From positions 62,001 to 126,000 of the forward strand of contig NIVC01002590.1 in the NCBI GenBank assembly GCA_002269645.1: a stretch of 64,000 nucleotides of DNA. The letters are read 5' to 3'. The position numbers were made by a program, and so were the translations under genes. Below, piece after piece: positions 62,311-64,000 of this stretch; positions within the stretch are counted from its first letter, which is position 1, and each line of letters begins with the position of its first letter. This stretch comes from Macrostomum lignano (Eukaryota). Under the pieces are notes generated by a model. That model was given only the letters and a program-made list of their open reading frames with translations. It searched no databases and had not been told where the DNA came from.

Positions 62311-62809
62311 CGGTTTTACGATGCAGATTATTGAAATGGAGCACTATCGTTCGCCATAAAAAACATAGTTACATTCTTTAATTGTAATACGAAAATAATA
62401 CTACTGGATATTGTAAACTCTACCTGTAGATAGCGGCATGTAGACACCTATATAGAAGTCTAAATTTTATCCGTTTTTCCCAACGCTGCCCGCTTCATCT
62501 GCTTCAAGCGCACTTGTAGATGTACTGCTTTTCATTTTTCATTGCATTTCACTTTGCTGTACAGAAAATATCTACAGACGACTTGTATTTTCGTAGAAAG
62601 AGTTTCATATTTTCATATCATAAAAGGAAAAATAGCAAGGCGTTTCATTTTATAACACTAATTACAACTCGATTAATTTCGGTTTCTTAACCATTTATAG
62701 TAACAAATTTTTCGCTGGCGTGCAATCTTCTATTTTGAATCGAAAAGTGCAGAAAAGTGCATCCAGCTAGGTACGAAGTAGAGAGCATATGGGACACCAG
62801 AGTGGCATG

Positions 62810-63790
62810 AAAGGACAGTGGGGGCGCCAGGGGAGGACAGTGAGGGCGCCAGGGGAGGACAGTGGGGGCGCCAGGGGAGGACAGTGGGGGCGCCAGGGGA
62901 GGACAGTGAGGGCGCCAGGGGAGGACAGTGGGGGCGCCAGGGGAGGATAGTGGGGGTGCCAGGGGAGGACAGTGGGGGCGCCAGGGGAGGACAGTGGGGG
63001 CGCCAGGGGAGGACAGTGGGGGCACCAGAAGGGAACAGTGGGGCGCCAGGGAGGACAGTGGGGCGCCAGGGGAGGACAGTGGGGGCGCCAGGGGAGGACA
63101 GTGAGGGCGCCAGGGGAGGACAGTGGGGGCGCCAGGGGAGGACAGTGAGGGCGCCAGGGGAGGACAGTGGGGGCGCCAGGGGAGGATAGTGGGGGCGCCA
63201 GGGGAGGACAGTGGGGGCGCCAGGGGAGGACAGTGGGGGCGCCAGGGGAGGACAGTGGGGGCACCAGAAGGGAACAGTGGGGGCGCCAGGGGAGGACAGT
63301 GGGGGCGCCAGGGGAGGACAGTGGGGGCGCCAGGGGAGGACAGTGAGGGCGCCAGGGGAGGACAGTGGGGGCGCCAGGGGAGGACAGTGAGGGCGCCAGG
63401 GGAGGACAGTGGGGGCGCCAGGGGAGGATAGTGGGGGTGCCAGGGGAGGACAGTGGGGGCGCCAGGGGAGGATAGTGGGGTGCCAGGGGAGGACAGTGGG
63501 GGTGCCAGGGGAGGACAGTGGGGGCGCCAGGGGAGGACAGTGGGGGCGCCAGGGGAGGACAGTGGGGGCGCCAGGGGAGGACAGTGGGGGCACCAGAAGG
63601 GAACAGTGGGGGCGCCAGGGGAGGACAGTGGGGGCGCCAGGGGAGGACAGTGAGGGCGCCAGGGGAGGACAGTGAGGGCGCCAGGGGAGGACAGTGGGGG
63701 CGCCAGGGGAGGACAGTGAGGGCGCCAGGGAAGGACAGTGGGGGCGCCAGGGGAGGACAGTGGGGGCGCCAGGGAAGGACAGTGGAAGTC
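62810..63790. repeat. 22-bp G-rich minisatellite ACAGTGGGGGCGCCAGGGGAGG
   Basis: Tandem copies. Confidence 0.94.
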
Positions 63791-64000
63791 AGGGAATGCT
63801 GTCTATTGGATTAAAATGAGAAGTAGTTTCTTACTTTATCGGTAATTTACTAGCAAAATGCATTATCGAAGCAGAATGAAATCATGAACTTGAACGCACA
63901 ATACGCTCATAATGCATGGCTGAGATTGTTAGCTTTTTTAAGCTGCACATGTATGTATAGTTAGGAATAAACTATAGGACTAGACTAAACTAAACTATAG

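Overview
Eukaryotic (animal) genomic DNA, not prokaryotic. GC-rich, CAG-rich coding exons are separated by introns and spacers packed with many different micro- and minisatellites. This style strongly suggests a free-living flatworm such as Macrostomum (inference, not verified). I reconstructed seven protein-coding genes by hand from GT-AG junctions with consistent phases: a Zic zinc-finger transcription factor (+), an organic solute transporter alpha (OST-alpha/SLC51A)-like gene (-, 6 exons, not visible as a single ORF), an intronless FN2 x3 / beta-trefoil-like / variant-TSP1 x8 type I membrane protein (+), an SLC16 monocarboxylate transporter (-), a tandem-C2 synaptotagmin-like protein (-), a DEG/ENaC channel (-) and a RING-finger protein (+). 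About 30 tandem-repeat arrays are present. The first ~18 kb has no recognisable gene and looks like decayed repeats or mobile-element debris. The most notable items are the FN2/TSP1 receptor with a remodelled TSP1 cysteine pattern, a satellite filling every intron over 500 nt, a ~2.1 kb array of perfect 5' splice-site motifs, a foldback-like inverted satellite, a ZOC-like motif in the Zic protein, and minisatellites incorporated into coding exons. No rRNA, tRNA or CRISPR array could be supported.
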